Shown here one piece after another: positions 16,481 through 25,113 of a stretch of 50,338 nucleotides of DNA (its first letter is position 1; each line of letters begins with the position of its first letter). Made by a program: the position numbers and the translations under genes. This DNA is from Paracoccaceae bacterium (lineage in GTDB: Bacteria > Pseudomonadota > Alphaproteobacteria > Rhodobacterales > Rhodobacteraceae), in NCBI GenBank assembly GCA_026982515.1, contig JALSGY010000424.1, forward strand, positions 1 through 50,338. Reading direction: 5' to 3'. The notes below the pieces were generated by a model, which was given only the letters and a program-made list of their open reading frames with translations, did no database searches and was not told where the DNA came from.

Positions 16481-17419
16481 TCAGGGAGAGACGCCCGTCT
16501 GCCTGTTCTGCGTGACAACGTCCCAGACGATCTGTTGCATCAGGCGGGCGGCGTCCGGCCCGGGGTCGCGGGCGGGGCTGCCGTCGGCCCGGGTCAGCCT
16601 GTGGGGCAGGCCGCGCGGATCCTGTCGATAAAGCACCGCATAATGGGTCAGGGCCACCAGATAGGCGCCGAAATCGTTGAAATGGATATTGTCGGAGAAC
16701 AGGTCGGCCCGGGTTCCGATCGGGCCGACCCCGCCGCGCTTTTCCACGTCGCGCACGAACCGGGCCATGACCTGGCCTGCCGGGATCAGGTAGATCGGCT
16801 GCGGCGCCTCTTCATAATTCAGGGCGCGGCGCAGGATTTCGCCTTCCCAGTAGCGCTCCAGATCCCGGTCAATCCGTTCCAGCCAGCCCTCGGGGTCATC
16901 CAGTTCATGCCATGTTTCGTATAAATAGACACTGATTTCAGGGTTGGCGGCGCGGGCAGCAGAGGCCCATTCATGCAGATAGCGTGCCGGGTCGAAATAC
17001 TTGATGGCGTCGCGGATCTCGACGCCTTCGGTCAGCACCAGGGCGTCATAGTCGCCCGAGTTCACGGCCTCATGCGCGTCGCGGTAGCGGGGATGGTCGT
17101 TTTCGGTCTCGAACCCGTTGATCGGCTCATCCGGCTCCCAGTGGGCTTTCAGGAAGGTTCCCCAGCCAAGCTGGCTTTCATAGGCATGCCCGGCCCCGGC
17201 CAGCTGCGCCAGCATCGCGGGCATGTCGCGCCCGACCAGGCTGTGGCCCAGGTGAAACACGCGCAGAGGCCTGTCGGGGGGCGATGCAGGCTGGGCGTAG
17301 AGCGCATCGAAGGCCGCCTTGTCCAGCGGCTCGGGCAGGCTGCAGCGCGACACCATTCCGCAGGCGCCCAGCAACAGCAGCAGCAGGGCCGAACCCTGGC
17401 GTTTCAGGCGGGCAATCAT
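16481..17419 (-). CDS. Secreted protein or lipoprotein, possibly SGNH/GDSL-like hydrolase (esterase or acyl-handling)
   Basis: The internal ATG at 17419 gives MIARLKRQGSALLLLLLGAC, a signal peptide with a lipobox-like LGAC. VFHLGHSLVGRDM resembles SGNH block I and DNIHFNDFGAY resembles the DxxH block V. The functional call is weak. Confidence 0.5.
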   Translation of the reverse strand: MIARLKRQGSALLLLLLGACGMVSRCSLPEPLDKAAFDALYAQPASPPDRPLRVFHLGHSLVGRDMPAMLAQLAGAGHAYESQLGWGTFLKAHWEPDEPINGFETENDHPRYRDAHEAVNSGDYDALVLTEGVEIRDAIKYFDPARYLHEWASAARAANPEISVYLYETWHELDDPEGWLERIDRDLERYWEGEILRRALNYEEAPQPIYLIPAGQVMARFVRDVEKRGGVGPIGTRADLFSDNIHFNDFGAYLVALTHYAVLYRQDPRGLPHRLTRADGSPARDPGPDAARLMQQIVWDVVTQNRQTGVSP

Positions 17420-17502
17420 CGGGTTTCGTTTCTTGTGTCCATCCTGCCAATATAAGTTGAATTTGCCAGGGCAAAAAGGCATATCGGTCCGGTTGGATGT
17501 GA

Positions 17503-18759
17503 ATGGTCAGGGTGTGGATGATGGGCTCCGAGGGCAGGCAAGGTGGGGACGGCAAGCGTCTCCTGGTCTATGCGCCGGTTCCCCTGTATCAATCCGACAA
17601 CGGATTTCTTCTGGAAGATCAGGCCTGTAACGGCATCAGGCTCTGGGCCGAGAATTTTGACAAGGTGTCGATCATGATGCCTGTCGAAGCCGGCCCGGCC
17701 CCTGCCAACTGGGTTCCGATCGAGGCGATCGGCCCCAACCTTGAGCGCGTCGAGATCGTGCCGCTGCCGACGGCCTATCGGCCCGACCAGTTCCTGCGCC
17801 ATCTTCGCGCCACGCGCCGCATCATCCGCGCGCAGATCGACAAGGCCGACTACCTGTCGTTTTCGATTGGCGGTCTGTTCGGCGACTGGGGGTCGGTGTC
17901 GTGTTACGAGGCCTGGCGGAAGGGGCGCCCCTATGCCGTCTGGACCGACCGGGTTGAATCCGAGGTGATCCGGCGCACGGCGCATGCCGGCCACTGGCGC
18001 AAGCGGCTGCGCGCGCGCCTGACGCACCGGCCAATGTTCCAGCTTGAAAAATTCCTGATCCGGCGCGCCGCCCTGGGGTTGTTTCATGGCCGGGAAACCT
18101 TTGACACCTATGCGCCGTTTTGCCAGAGACCCGAGGTCGTTCATGACATTCACCTGAAGAAATCGGAACATATCCCGCCCGACAGGCTGGCGGCCAAGCG
18201 CTCGGCGGTGACCGACGGGCCGTTGAAAATACTCTATCTCGGGCGGGCCGACCCGATGAAAGGTCCGCTGGACTGGGTCGAGGTGCTGGAAACGGTCGCC
18301 CGGGCCGGGGTGGCATTCGAGGCCTGCTGGCTGGGCGAGGGGCCCGAACTGGCGGCCATGCAGGCGCGGGTCAGGGCGGCGGGCCTGCAAGATCATGTCG
18401 AATTCCCCGGTTTTGTCAGGGATCGGCAGGCGGTTCTGGACCGGCTGCGTGCGGCACATGTCTTTCTGTTCTGCCACAAGACACCGGAATCGCCGCGCTG
18501 CCTGATCGAAGCGCTGGTGTCGGGCACGCCGATCATCGGGTATGACGGCCCGTTTGCCCGGGATCTGATTGCCGATGGCCAGGGCGGTCTGCTGAGCCCT
18601 GTCGGCGACACCGGCACGCTGGCGGGCAATGTGGCCGGCCTTGGGCGTGACCGGGACAGGCTGGCCGAGATGATCGGAGCGGCGGCGCGGGCGGGATCGA
18701 TTTTTGACGATGAGGGCGTTTTTGCGCACCGCAGCGAGCTTATCCGTCGCTATCTGTAA
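17503..18759 (+). CDS. GT4/GT1-family glycosyltransferase
   Basis: The C-terminal half is GT-B-like: ILYLGRADPMKGPLDWVEVL, GEGPELAAMQARV and FLFCHKTPESPRCLIEALVSGTPIIGYD (an EX7E-like motif). Confidence 0.75.
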   Translation: MVRVWMMGSEGRQGGDGKRLLVYAPVPLYQSDNGFLLEDQACNGIRLWAENFDKVSIMMPVEAGPAPANWVPIEAIGPNLERVEIVPLPTAYRPDQFLRHLRATRRIIRAQIDKADYLSFSIGGLFGDWGSVSCYEAWRKGRPYAVWTDRVESEVIRRTAHAGHWRKRLRARLTHRPMFQLEKFLIRRAALGLFHGRETFDTYAPFCQRPEVVHDIHLKKSEHIPPDRLAAKRSAVTDGPLKILYLGRADPMKGPLDWVEVLETVARAGVAFEACWLGEGPELAAMQARVRAAGLQDHVEFPGFVRDRQAVLDRLRAAHVFLFCHKTPESPRCLIEALVSGTPIIGYDGPFARDLIADGQGGLLSPVGDTGTLAGNVAGLGRDRDRLAEMIGAAARAGSIFDDEGVFAHRSELIRRYL

Positions 18760-18780
18760 GCGGTTTGCTCAAAACAGTGT

Positions 18781-19455
18781 CTAATCAGGCAAAATCAGGC
18801 CGCAGACAAGCAGGTTTCCGACAATTTGCCACCGTCCGTCCGGGGGTGCATGACCGGGAAAGCGGGCAAGCCCGCCGGGAAAGGCGATCGAGAACCCGCC
18901 GGTGCTGGTGGATGCCGTGATCTCGACCGCGTCAAATCCGATCATCTCGCCGGTCAGCGGATACCGGGCCTTGTAGACGGCTTCCTTGGCGCTGAAGATC
19001 AGCTTGGCCAGCAGGGCGCGGTCGCGGGCGGGCTGGCGGTCAAGCCAGGCGCGTTCGGAGCGCGTGCAGATCGTGCCTTCCAGTTCCGCTTCCAGGGGCG
19101 TGGCGTCTTCGATGTCGATGCCGATCGCGCGCAGGTGCGTGCGGGGGGCCACGGCGGCGATGCAGGCGGTGGAACAATGGGCGATGGACCCCACCAGCCC
19201 TTCGGGCCAGACGGGCGCGCGGTCGGGGCCCTGCGGCACCGGGGCGGGGGGCAGGCCGATGTCGGCCATTGCAAGGCGCGCGGCCTGGCGCCCGGCGGCA
19301 AACTCCAGCCGCCGCCGGGGCACCGCGCGCGTCACTGCGGCGTCTTCCCCGGGATACAGCGCGCCGGCCGCAGCCGTCGGATCGGTGGCCGCGACCCCGA
19401 CACCTGGCCCCAGAAGCCCGCGCAGGGCTTCCGTGAGCGCTGCGAGATCGCTCAT
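18781..19455 (-). CDS. 4'-phosphopantetheinyl transferase (EntD/Sfp type)
   Basis: Contains FAAGRQAARLAM, GSIAHCSTACIAAV, IGIDIE and KLIFSAKEAVYKA. Its ATG overlaps the upstream NRPS-like stop codon (ATGA at 19452..19455). Confidence 0.85.
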   Translation of the reverse strand: MSDLAALTEALRGLLGPGVGVAATDPTAAAGALYPGEDAAVTRAVPRRRLEFAAGRQAARLAMADIGLPPAPVPQGPDRAPVWPEGLVGSIAHCSTACIAAVAPRTHLRAIGIDIEDATPLEAELEGTICTRSERAWLDRQPARDRALLAKLIFSAKEAVYKARYPLTGEMIGFDAVEITASTSTGGFSIAFPGGLARFPGHAPPDGRWQIVGNLLVCGLILPD

Positions 19456-22400
19456 GCGCTGCTGGACTGGCGGCGCGCGCGCATTTCGCGCCGCCGTTTC
19501 ATGGCTTCGGCGCGGGCTTCGGCTTTTTCGCCGGAAACAGTGTCTGTTTCAGGGGTTTTCGCTGGTTTTGCGCCCCCGGAAAGCTTGTCTTCCACGGTGC
19601 GGGCCAGCCCATCCAGCGTCGGAAAACGGAAGATGTCGGTGATGGAAAGCCGGTCGGCGCCCAGCTCCTTGCGAATCTCGCGATGCGCCTGCACGGCCAG
19701 CAGCGAATGGCCACCGAGATCGAAGAAGTTGTCCTTTGCGCCGATCCCGGACACCCCGAGGATGCGTGACCAGATATCCGCCACCTGCTGCATGACGGTG
19801 CCAACAGGGGCGGTGTCTTCTGTTGCCGAAGACGGCTTGCCGGCCGCGGCAGCAGCCATCGGGGCGGGCAGGGCGTTGCGGTCGACCTTCTTGTTGGGCG
19901 TCAGCGGAAAGGCGTCAAGCGTGACGAAGCGCGCCGGCAGCATGTGGGCTGGCAGGCGCGCGCCAAGATGGGCCTTCAGGTCGGCTTCGGGCACCGGGGT
20001 CTCGGCCAGCGTGTAGGCGACAAGCTGGCGCAGCCCCGGCACATCCTCGCGCAGCATCACCACCGACTGGCGCACGCCCGGATGGGTATCGAGCGCGCTT
20101 TCGATCTCGCCCAGTTCGATCCGGTAGCCGTGCAGCTTGACCTGGTCGTCGGCGCGGCCGAGAAAATCGAGCTGCCCGTCCGCGCGCCAGCGCACCAGAT
20201 CGCCGGTGCGATACAGGCGTGCGCCCTGGCTGTCGGTGAACGGGTCGTCGACAAAGCGTTCATCGGTCAGGTCGGGCCGTTGCCAGTAGCCGCGCGCCAC
20301 CCCGGCCCCGCCGATGTAAAGCTCACCCGCCATGCCAAGCGGCACCGGCGCGCGGTTTTCGTCCAGCACATAAACGCGGGTATTGGCGATCGGGCGTCCG
20401 ATCGGCGCGACGGTGTCGGTCGGGACAACCGGGCCGGTGGTCGACCAGATCGTGGTTTCGGTCGGGCCATACATGTTTTCGACATGGCCCCCGGCAAGCC
20501 CCAGCAGTTCGCGCACGAGCCCCCCCGGCAGCGCCTCGCCGCCGATCATCAGGTGGCGGACATGCGACAGCGCGTGGCGCGCCTCGTCGTTCATCACCAG
20601 CATCTGCGCCATCGAGGGCGTGCACTGCATATGGGTGACCGCGTGGCGCTGGATCTGGGCCGCGATCGAAAAGTCATCCTCGGCCGGCCCGGTTTCCTGG
20701 TTGGTGCGGCGCACCACCTCGGCCAGCGGCTTGAGGCCCTCGAGCACGGTGTCGCGCGCGATGCCGTAGTCGATCAGGCAGGCGATTTCGTCGACACCGA
20801 TGCGCTTGAGCTGTTCGGTGCGCGCCAGGCAGTCGTCAACCGTGCCAAACAGGCCCGAATCCTCGAAATAGCGCAGGAAGGCAAACTCGAGGATGGCGTC
20901 GAGCTCTTCCTCGCTCAGGATGCCGAGGTCGATATCGAAGGCGTTGTTCACGCCCTTGGGTTTCTTGAAGGCCGGGAAGACCCAGGCAAACTGCTTGATC
21001 AGCCCGGCGGCCGAGCGCAGGTAGTCCTTCATCGGCCCGCGGGCGATTTCGCGCACCGCTTCGCGGTCGGTCCCGACGAAAGTGTGCAGCATCAGCGTGA
21101 CGGTGAAGTCATCCGGGTCGTGGCCGGCCTCGCGCAGGGCGGCGTGGTAGATCCTGATCTTTTCGCCGACCTCGTCGATGCTCTGGCCAAGCAGGTGGGT
21201 CAGCACGTTGGCGCCGATCTCTCCGGCTTCGCGCCAGGTGTCGGGATTGCCGGCCGTGGTGATCCAGATCGGCAACTCTTTCGAGACCGGCCGGGGCTGG
21301 GTGAGCACCGCGTGCGGTGTGCCGTCGGCGGTCGGAAATTCCACCTCTTCGCCACGCCACAGGCGGCGCAGATCGTCGATTGCGCGATACATGGCGGGCT
21401 TGTTTTCGGGCGGCGTGTTTTCCGGGCGCAGCACGAAGTCATGCGGCTGCCAGCCCGAGGCGATGCCCAGCCCGGCCCGCCCGTTGGTCAGGTTGTCGAT
21501 CACCGCCCAGTCTTCGGCGATGCGCGCCGGGTGGTGCAGCGGGGCGACGCAGCTGCCGGCGCGCACCGCGATATTGCGCGTGATGGCCGCCACCGCCGCG
21601 CCGGTGACCGAGGGGTTGGGATAGGGGCCGCCGAACGCGTGGAAGTGCCGTTCCGGCGTCCAGACCGCGCAAAAGCCGTTCTGGTCGGCGAACCGTGCGC
21701 CATCGAGCAGCATCTTGTACTTGTCGCGCCCCTGGCCGTCGTCGTTGCCCCAGTAAAACAGGCTGAATTCCATGCCGCGCCCGGTGATGGCGTGCACCCC
21801 GGCGTTGTCGCCGGCCACCAGTGCGCGGTTTTCGTCGCTGCTGAGCACGACCTTGAAGCCGCGCGCAAGCGTCCAGAACAGCTCGAGCACCGAAATGTCG
21901 AACGACAGGCTGGTCAGGGCCAGCCAGACGCCCGGCGGGTCATGGGCGATGCGTTCATCCATGCCGGTGAAGAAATTGGCGACGTTGCGATGCTCGACCA
22001 TCACGCCCTTGGGCTTGCCGGTGGAGCCCGAGGTATAGATCAGGTAGGCCAGATCTTCGCCGGTCACGCCGCTTTGCGGGTTGATCGCCGGGGCCGAGGC
22101 GATCTGTGGCGCATCGTCAAGGCTGAGCAGTTGCGCGCCCGTTTCCGGCAGTGCATGCGCCAGGCCGGTATTGGTCACGATAACCCGGGCCCCGCTGTCT
22201 TCGGCATAAAGCGCGGTGCGGTCGGCCGGATAGGCCGGGTCCATCGGCAGGTAGGCGCCGCCGGCCTTGAGGATCGCCAGCGCCGCCACCAGCAGGTCGG
22301 TCGAGCGCGGCAGGTGCAGCCCGACGACGACCCCGGGCCTGACCCCCATGTCCTGCAGCACATGGGCGATGCGGTTGGCGCGCGCGTTCAGGGCGTCATA

Positions 22401-24080
22401 GCTCAGGCTTTCGCCTTCGAACGCCAGCGCCTCGGCCTCGGGGTTGCGGGCGACCTGCTGTTCGAAGAATTCATGAATGCAGGTGTCTGCCGGAAAGTCG
22501 CGCGCGGTGTCGTTCCAGTCTTCCAGCAGCATCCGGCGTTCGGCGTCGGGCAGGATCGGCAGGGCGCCGGGCGCCGTGTCGGGGGCCTGCACCGCCGCCT
22601 CCAGAAGATGCGTCAGCCGCGCCGCCAGGCGTTCAAGCTCGGCTGCATCGGGGCCGGTATTTGTGCTGATCAGTGTCGCTTTTGCGCCCTGAACCGCCAG
22701 GGTCAGCGCGGTGCCCGGCAGGCATCCGGCGCCCGCATCGCGCGACAGGCCGATGGTGGGCAGAACCGCCTTTTCGGCCAGGCGGGCGGGCAGGTCGCAG
22801 GCGAAACCGCCGTTGTCGAGCGCCTGGGCCAACTGTGCCGACAGCGCATCCCGGCTGGCGGCGAAACTGCTTTCGAGCGCGCCATGCACCGGAACCCAGG
22901 GGCAGACGTAATCGGGCGCATCGGGCAGGTGACAGGCCATGTCCAGCCCGTCCGTCCCTGCCATCCTGGCAAGCAGGATGGCGAGGGCGGCCCAGGCATC
23001 TTCGGCGCCGGCCCCTTCGGGCAGGGCAAAGCCGTGGCGCGGCGCATCGCCGTCACCGTTGCTGCCGAGCCGCGGCAGATCAAGCGGGGCGACCTGCTCG
23101 AGCCGGTCGCGCCAGAACGGTTCGGCACGCAGCAAAGGGGCAAGAACTGCATCGATCCGGGCCGCGTCTTCGGTGTCCGGGCTGGGCAGAACGTCGCCGG
23201 TCTGCGCCACATCGGAGGCCGGGACCGGACGGCCGAAACAGTCACTGATACGGCTTAAAACGATGTCATTCGTGCCGGTTGCCACGGTCAGGCTGTCGGC
23301 CGTGGCGGCCGTGACAGTGCCCGGCGCCTTGCCCGAAGCGGTCGGCGCGGGCACAGCGCTGTGCACCAGCCGGATTTCCCCGCCGGCCTCGATCTTGGGG
23401 CAAAGCAGCGGGTTGCGATAGTCGCCATGGTCAAGCGCACGCACCAGCCCCGCGAGGGTCTCGGCCGATTTCGTGAAATCGAGCCGTCCGCCGGCCTCGG
23501 GCCGGGCGTCGCGGCCGAAGTAGCTGCGCTGGTCCAGATCCTGGGGCGTGGCGGCCGGCGTGTCGCTGGCCAGTTCGGCCATCACCTGGCCAAAGCTGTC
23601 GATGGCGGCGCTGTAGCATTTCGTGTTGAGCGTGAGGGCGGTTTCGTCAGGGGCGATGTCAAACCGGCTCTGGGCGATGATGTCGCCTTCATCGACGCCG
23701 CCCGAAATCAGGTGCCAGGAGATGCCGTGGGTTTTCTCGCCATTGATCAGCGCCCAGACCGGCGCATTGAGACCGGCATAGCGCGGCAGCGGGCCATCGT
23801 GAAAATTGACCGCGCCGCGGGCGGCCATGTCAAGCGCGTCCTGCGGGATCAGGTCGAGATTGGCGATGGACAGGAGCCAGTCGAAATCATGGGGTTTCAG
23901 CCGTGCGGCCAGATCGGCGCCGGGGGCGAGCACCGGCAGGCCGCGGGATTTTGCCCAGTCCTGCACTTCGGCATTGCGGGTCACGACAGCGCGGATCGGA
24001 TTGTCCGCCTCCAGCAGCATTTCACCACATTGAATGACAAGGGATTCGTTGCCGATGAGGACGGAACTGAAACCGGGCAT
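19452..24080 (-). CDS. NRPS-like module: formyltransferase-like domain, degenerate condensation remnant, adenylation domain interrupted by a luciferase-like monooxygenase, PCP
   Basis: Fmt-like residues ~1-300 (VNFHDGPLPRYAG). C-to-A linker LPILPDAERRMLLEDWNDT. A motifs LAYLIYTSGSTGKPKG, SFDISVLELF, NMYGPTETT, GELYIGGAGVARGY, YRTGDLVRW, GRADDQVKLHGYRIELGEIE and PNKKVDR. An LLM insert of ~350 aa sits between A4 and A5 (MEFSLFYWGND...GIASGWQPHDF...). PCP motif FFDLGGHSL, with the Ser codon at 19704..19706. Confidence 0.9.
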   Translation of the reverse strand: MPGFSSVLIGNESLVIQCGEMLLEADNPIRAVVTRNAEVQDWAKSRGLPVLAPGADLAARLKPHDFDWLLSIANLDLIPQDALDMAARGAVNFHDGPLPRYAGLNAPVWALINGEKTHGISWHLISGGVDEGDIIAQSRFDIAPDETALTLNTKCYSAAIDSFGQVMAELASDTPAATPQDLDQRSYFGRDARPEAGGRLDFTKSAETLAGLVRALDHGDYRNPLLCPKIEAGGEIRLVHSAVPAPTASGKAPGTVTAATADSLTVATGTNDIVLSRISDCFGRPVPASDVAQTGDVLPSPDTEDAARIDAVLAPLLRAEPFWRDRLEQVAPLDLPRLGSNGDGDAPRHGFALPEGAGAEDAWAALAILLARMAGTDGLDMACHLPDAPDYVCPWVPVHGALESSFAASRDALSAQLAQALDNGGFACDLPARLAEKAVLPTIGLSRDAGAGCLPGTALTLAVQGAKATLISTNTGPDAAELERLAARLTHLLEAAVQAPDTAPGALPILPDAERRMLLEDWNDTARDFPADTCIHEFFEQQVARNPEAEALAFEGESLSYDALNARANRIAHVLQDMGVRPGVVVGLHLPRSTDLLVAALAILKAGGAYLPMDPAYPADRTALYAEDSGARVIVTNTGLAHALPETGAQLLSLDDAPQIASAPAINPQSGVTGEDLAYLIYTSGSTGKPKGVMVEHRNVANFFTGMDERIAHDPPGVWLALTSLSFDISVLELFWTLARGFKVVLSSDENRALVAGDNAGVHAITGRGMEFSLFYWGNDDGQGRDKYKMLLDGARFADQNGFCAVWTPERHFHAFGGPYPNPSVTGAAVAAITRNIAVRAGSCVAPLHHPARIAEDWAVIDNLTNGRAGLGIASGWQPHDFVLRPENTPPENKPAMYRAIDDLRRLWRGEEVEFPTADGTPHAVLTQPRPVSKELPIWITTAGNPDTWREAGEIGANVLTHLLGQSIDEVGEKIRIYHAALREAGHDPDDFTVTLMLHTFVGTDREAVREIARGPMKDYLRSAAGLIKQFAWVFPAFKKPKGVNNAFDIDLGILSEEELDAILEFAFLRYFEDSGLFGTVDDCLARTEQLKRIGVDEIACLIDYGIARDTVLEGLKPLAEVVRRTNQETGPAEDDFSIAAQIQRHAVTHMQCTPSMAQMLVMNDEARHALSHVRHLMIGGEALPGGLVRELLGLAGGHVENMYGPTETTIWSTTGPVVPTDTVAPIGRPIANTRVYVLDENRAPVPLGMAGELYIGGAGVARGYWQRPDLTDERFVDDPFTDSQGARLYRTGDLVRWRADGQLDFLGRADDQVKLHGYRIELGEIESALDTHPGVRQSVVMLREDVPGLRQLVAYTLAETPVPEADLKAHLGARLPAHMLPARFVTLDAFPLTPNKKVDRNALPAPMAAAAAGKPSSATEDTAPVGTVMQQVADIWSRILGVSGIGAKDNFFDLGGHSLLAVQAHREIRKELGADRLSITDIFRFPTLDGLARTVEDKLSGGAKPAKTPETDTVSGEKAEARAEAMKRRREMRARRQSSSA

Positions 24081-24083
24081 GCG

Positions 24084-25112
24084 TTACTCTCCAGGTTGAG
24101 GGGGCAGAGGTCGGGCGTCGCGCTTCGCCGGTGAAAGGAGCCTGCGCCGCAGGGCGGCCAGATCGTGGCGCGCCATGGAGCGCAGGAATTGGGGGGACAC
24201 TTCGCGTTTCTTGCGGGTCAGCGTTGCACGCAGCCAGCACAGGCCGCCACCGGTCAGGTGGGCAAGCGTCGCGAGGCCGGCATAAAGGGCGCCGTGGTTC
24301 TTGGCGAAGTAGTGCCAGCGCGAGTCGTACCAGTAGTCGGGCACCCGCGACCAGGTTTTCATTCCGGTGGACACCGAACCGATATGGGTCACGACACTGT
24401 CGCGCAGAAAAATGATCTCGTGGCCAGCAAGGCGGACGCGGCGGCACAGGTCGGTTTCCTCGAAATAGAGAAAGAAGGTTTCATCGAACAGGCCCACCTC
24501 ATCGAGCACGCTCTGGCGCATCATCAGGCTGGCCCCGGCCAGCCAGTCGACAGACTGCCCGTCGCGCGGTGTTTCGATCGGCACCCGGTGGCGGGCCAGC
24601 AGGCGGCTGACCGGCCCGAAGCGGATCGCGCTTTCGAATTCGCTGAGGATCGAGGGGAAGCGGAAAGCCGAGGTGTGCGCCACCCCGTCCTCGCCGTGGA
24701 TGTAGCTGCCGGCGAAGGCGGTTTCGGGATGGGCAACCAGGTGGTTCAGCAAAACGCGGATCGCCTCCGGCTCGGGGAAGGCATCCGAGTTTTGCACATA
24801 AATGAAATCGGGGCGCGATCCGTCACTGAGTCCGGCCCGGATGCCGACGTTGTTGCCGGCCCCGAAGCCACCGTTGTGACCGGATTGCAGAAGGCGCACC
24901 CGGTCGTTCCTGTCCCAGCCCGCGTCCGCGATGTGATTGCGGATCGTTTCATCGGAACCGTCCCGGCTGTCGTTGTCGACGATGACGATTTCACCGGCGA
25001 TGCCGTCCATCGCCGCCAATGCGGCTTCGGTTGCGCGCAGGGTCATCGGCGCCGTGCGGTAGTTCAGGATGACGGTCAGAAGTGTTGGATCCGACGTGGT
25101 ACTGGTCTGCAT
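24084..25112 (-). CDS. Family-2 glycosyltransferase embedded between the PKS and NRPS-like genes
   Basis: ATG at 25110..25112 (MQTSTTSDPTLLTVILNYRT...IVIVDNDSRDGSDE...) lies 1 nt after the PKS stop. The longer track ORF (to 25187) would overlap the PKS. The stop is 3 nt before the NRPS-like start. Confidence 0.85.
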   Translation of the reverse strand: MQTSTTSDPTLLTVILNYRTAPMTLRATEAALAAMDGIAGEIVIVDNDSRDGSDETIRNHIADAGWDRNDRVRLLQSGHNGGFGAGNNVGIRAGLSDGSRPDFIYVQNSDAFPEPEAIRVLLNHLVAHPETAFAGSYIHGEDGVAHTSAFRFPSILSEFESAIRFGPVSRLLARHRVPIETPRDGQSVDWLAGASLMMRQSVLDEVGLFDETFFLYFEETDLCRRVRLAGHEIIFLRDSVVTHIGSVSTGMKTWSRVPDYWYDSRWHYFAKNHGALYAGLATLAHLTGGGLCWLRATLTRKKREVSPQFLRSMARHDLAALRRRLLSPAKRDARPLPPQPGE

Positions 25113-25113
25113 A

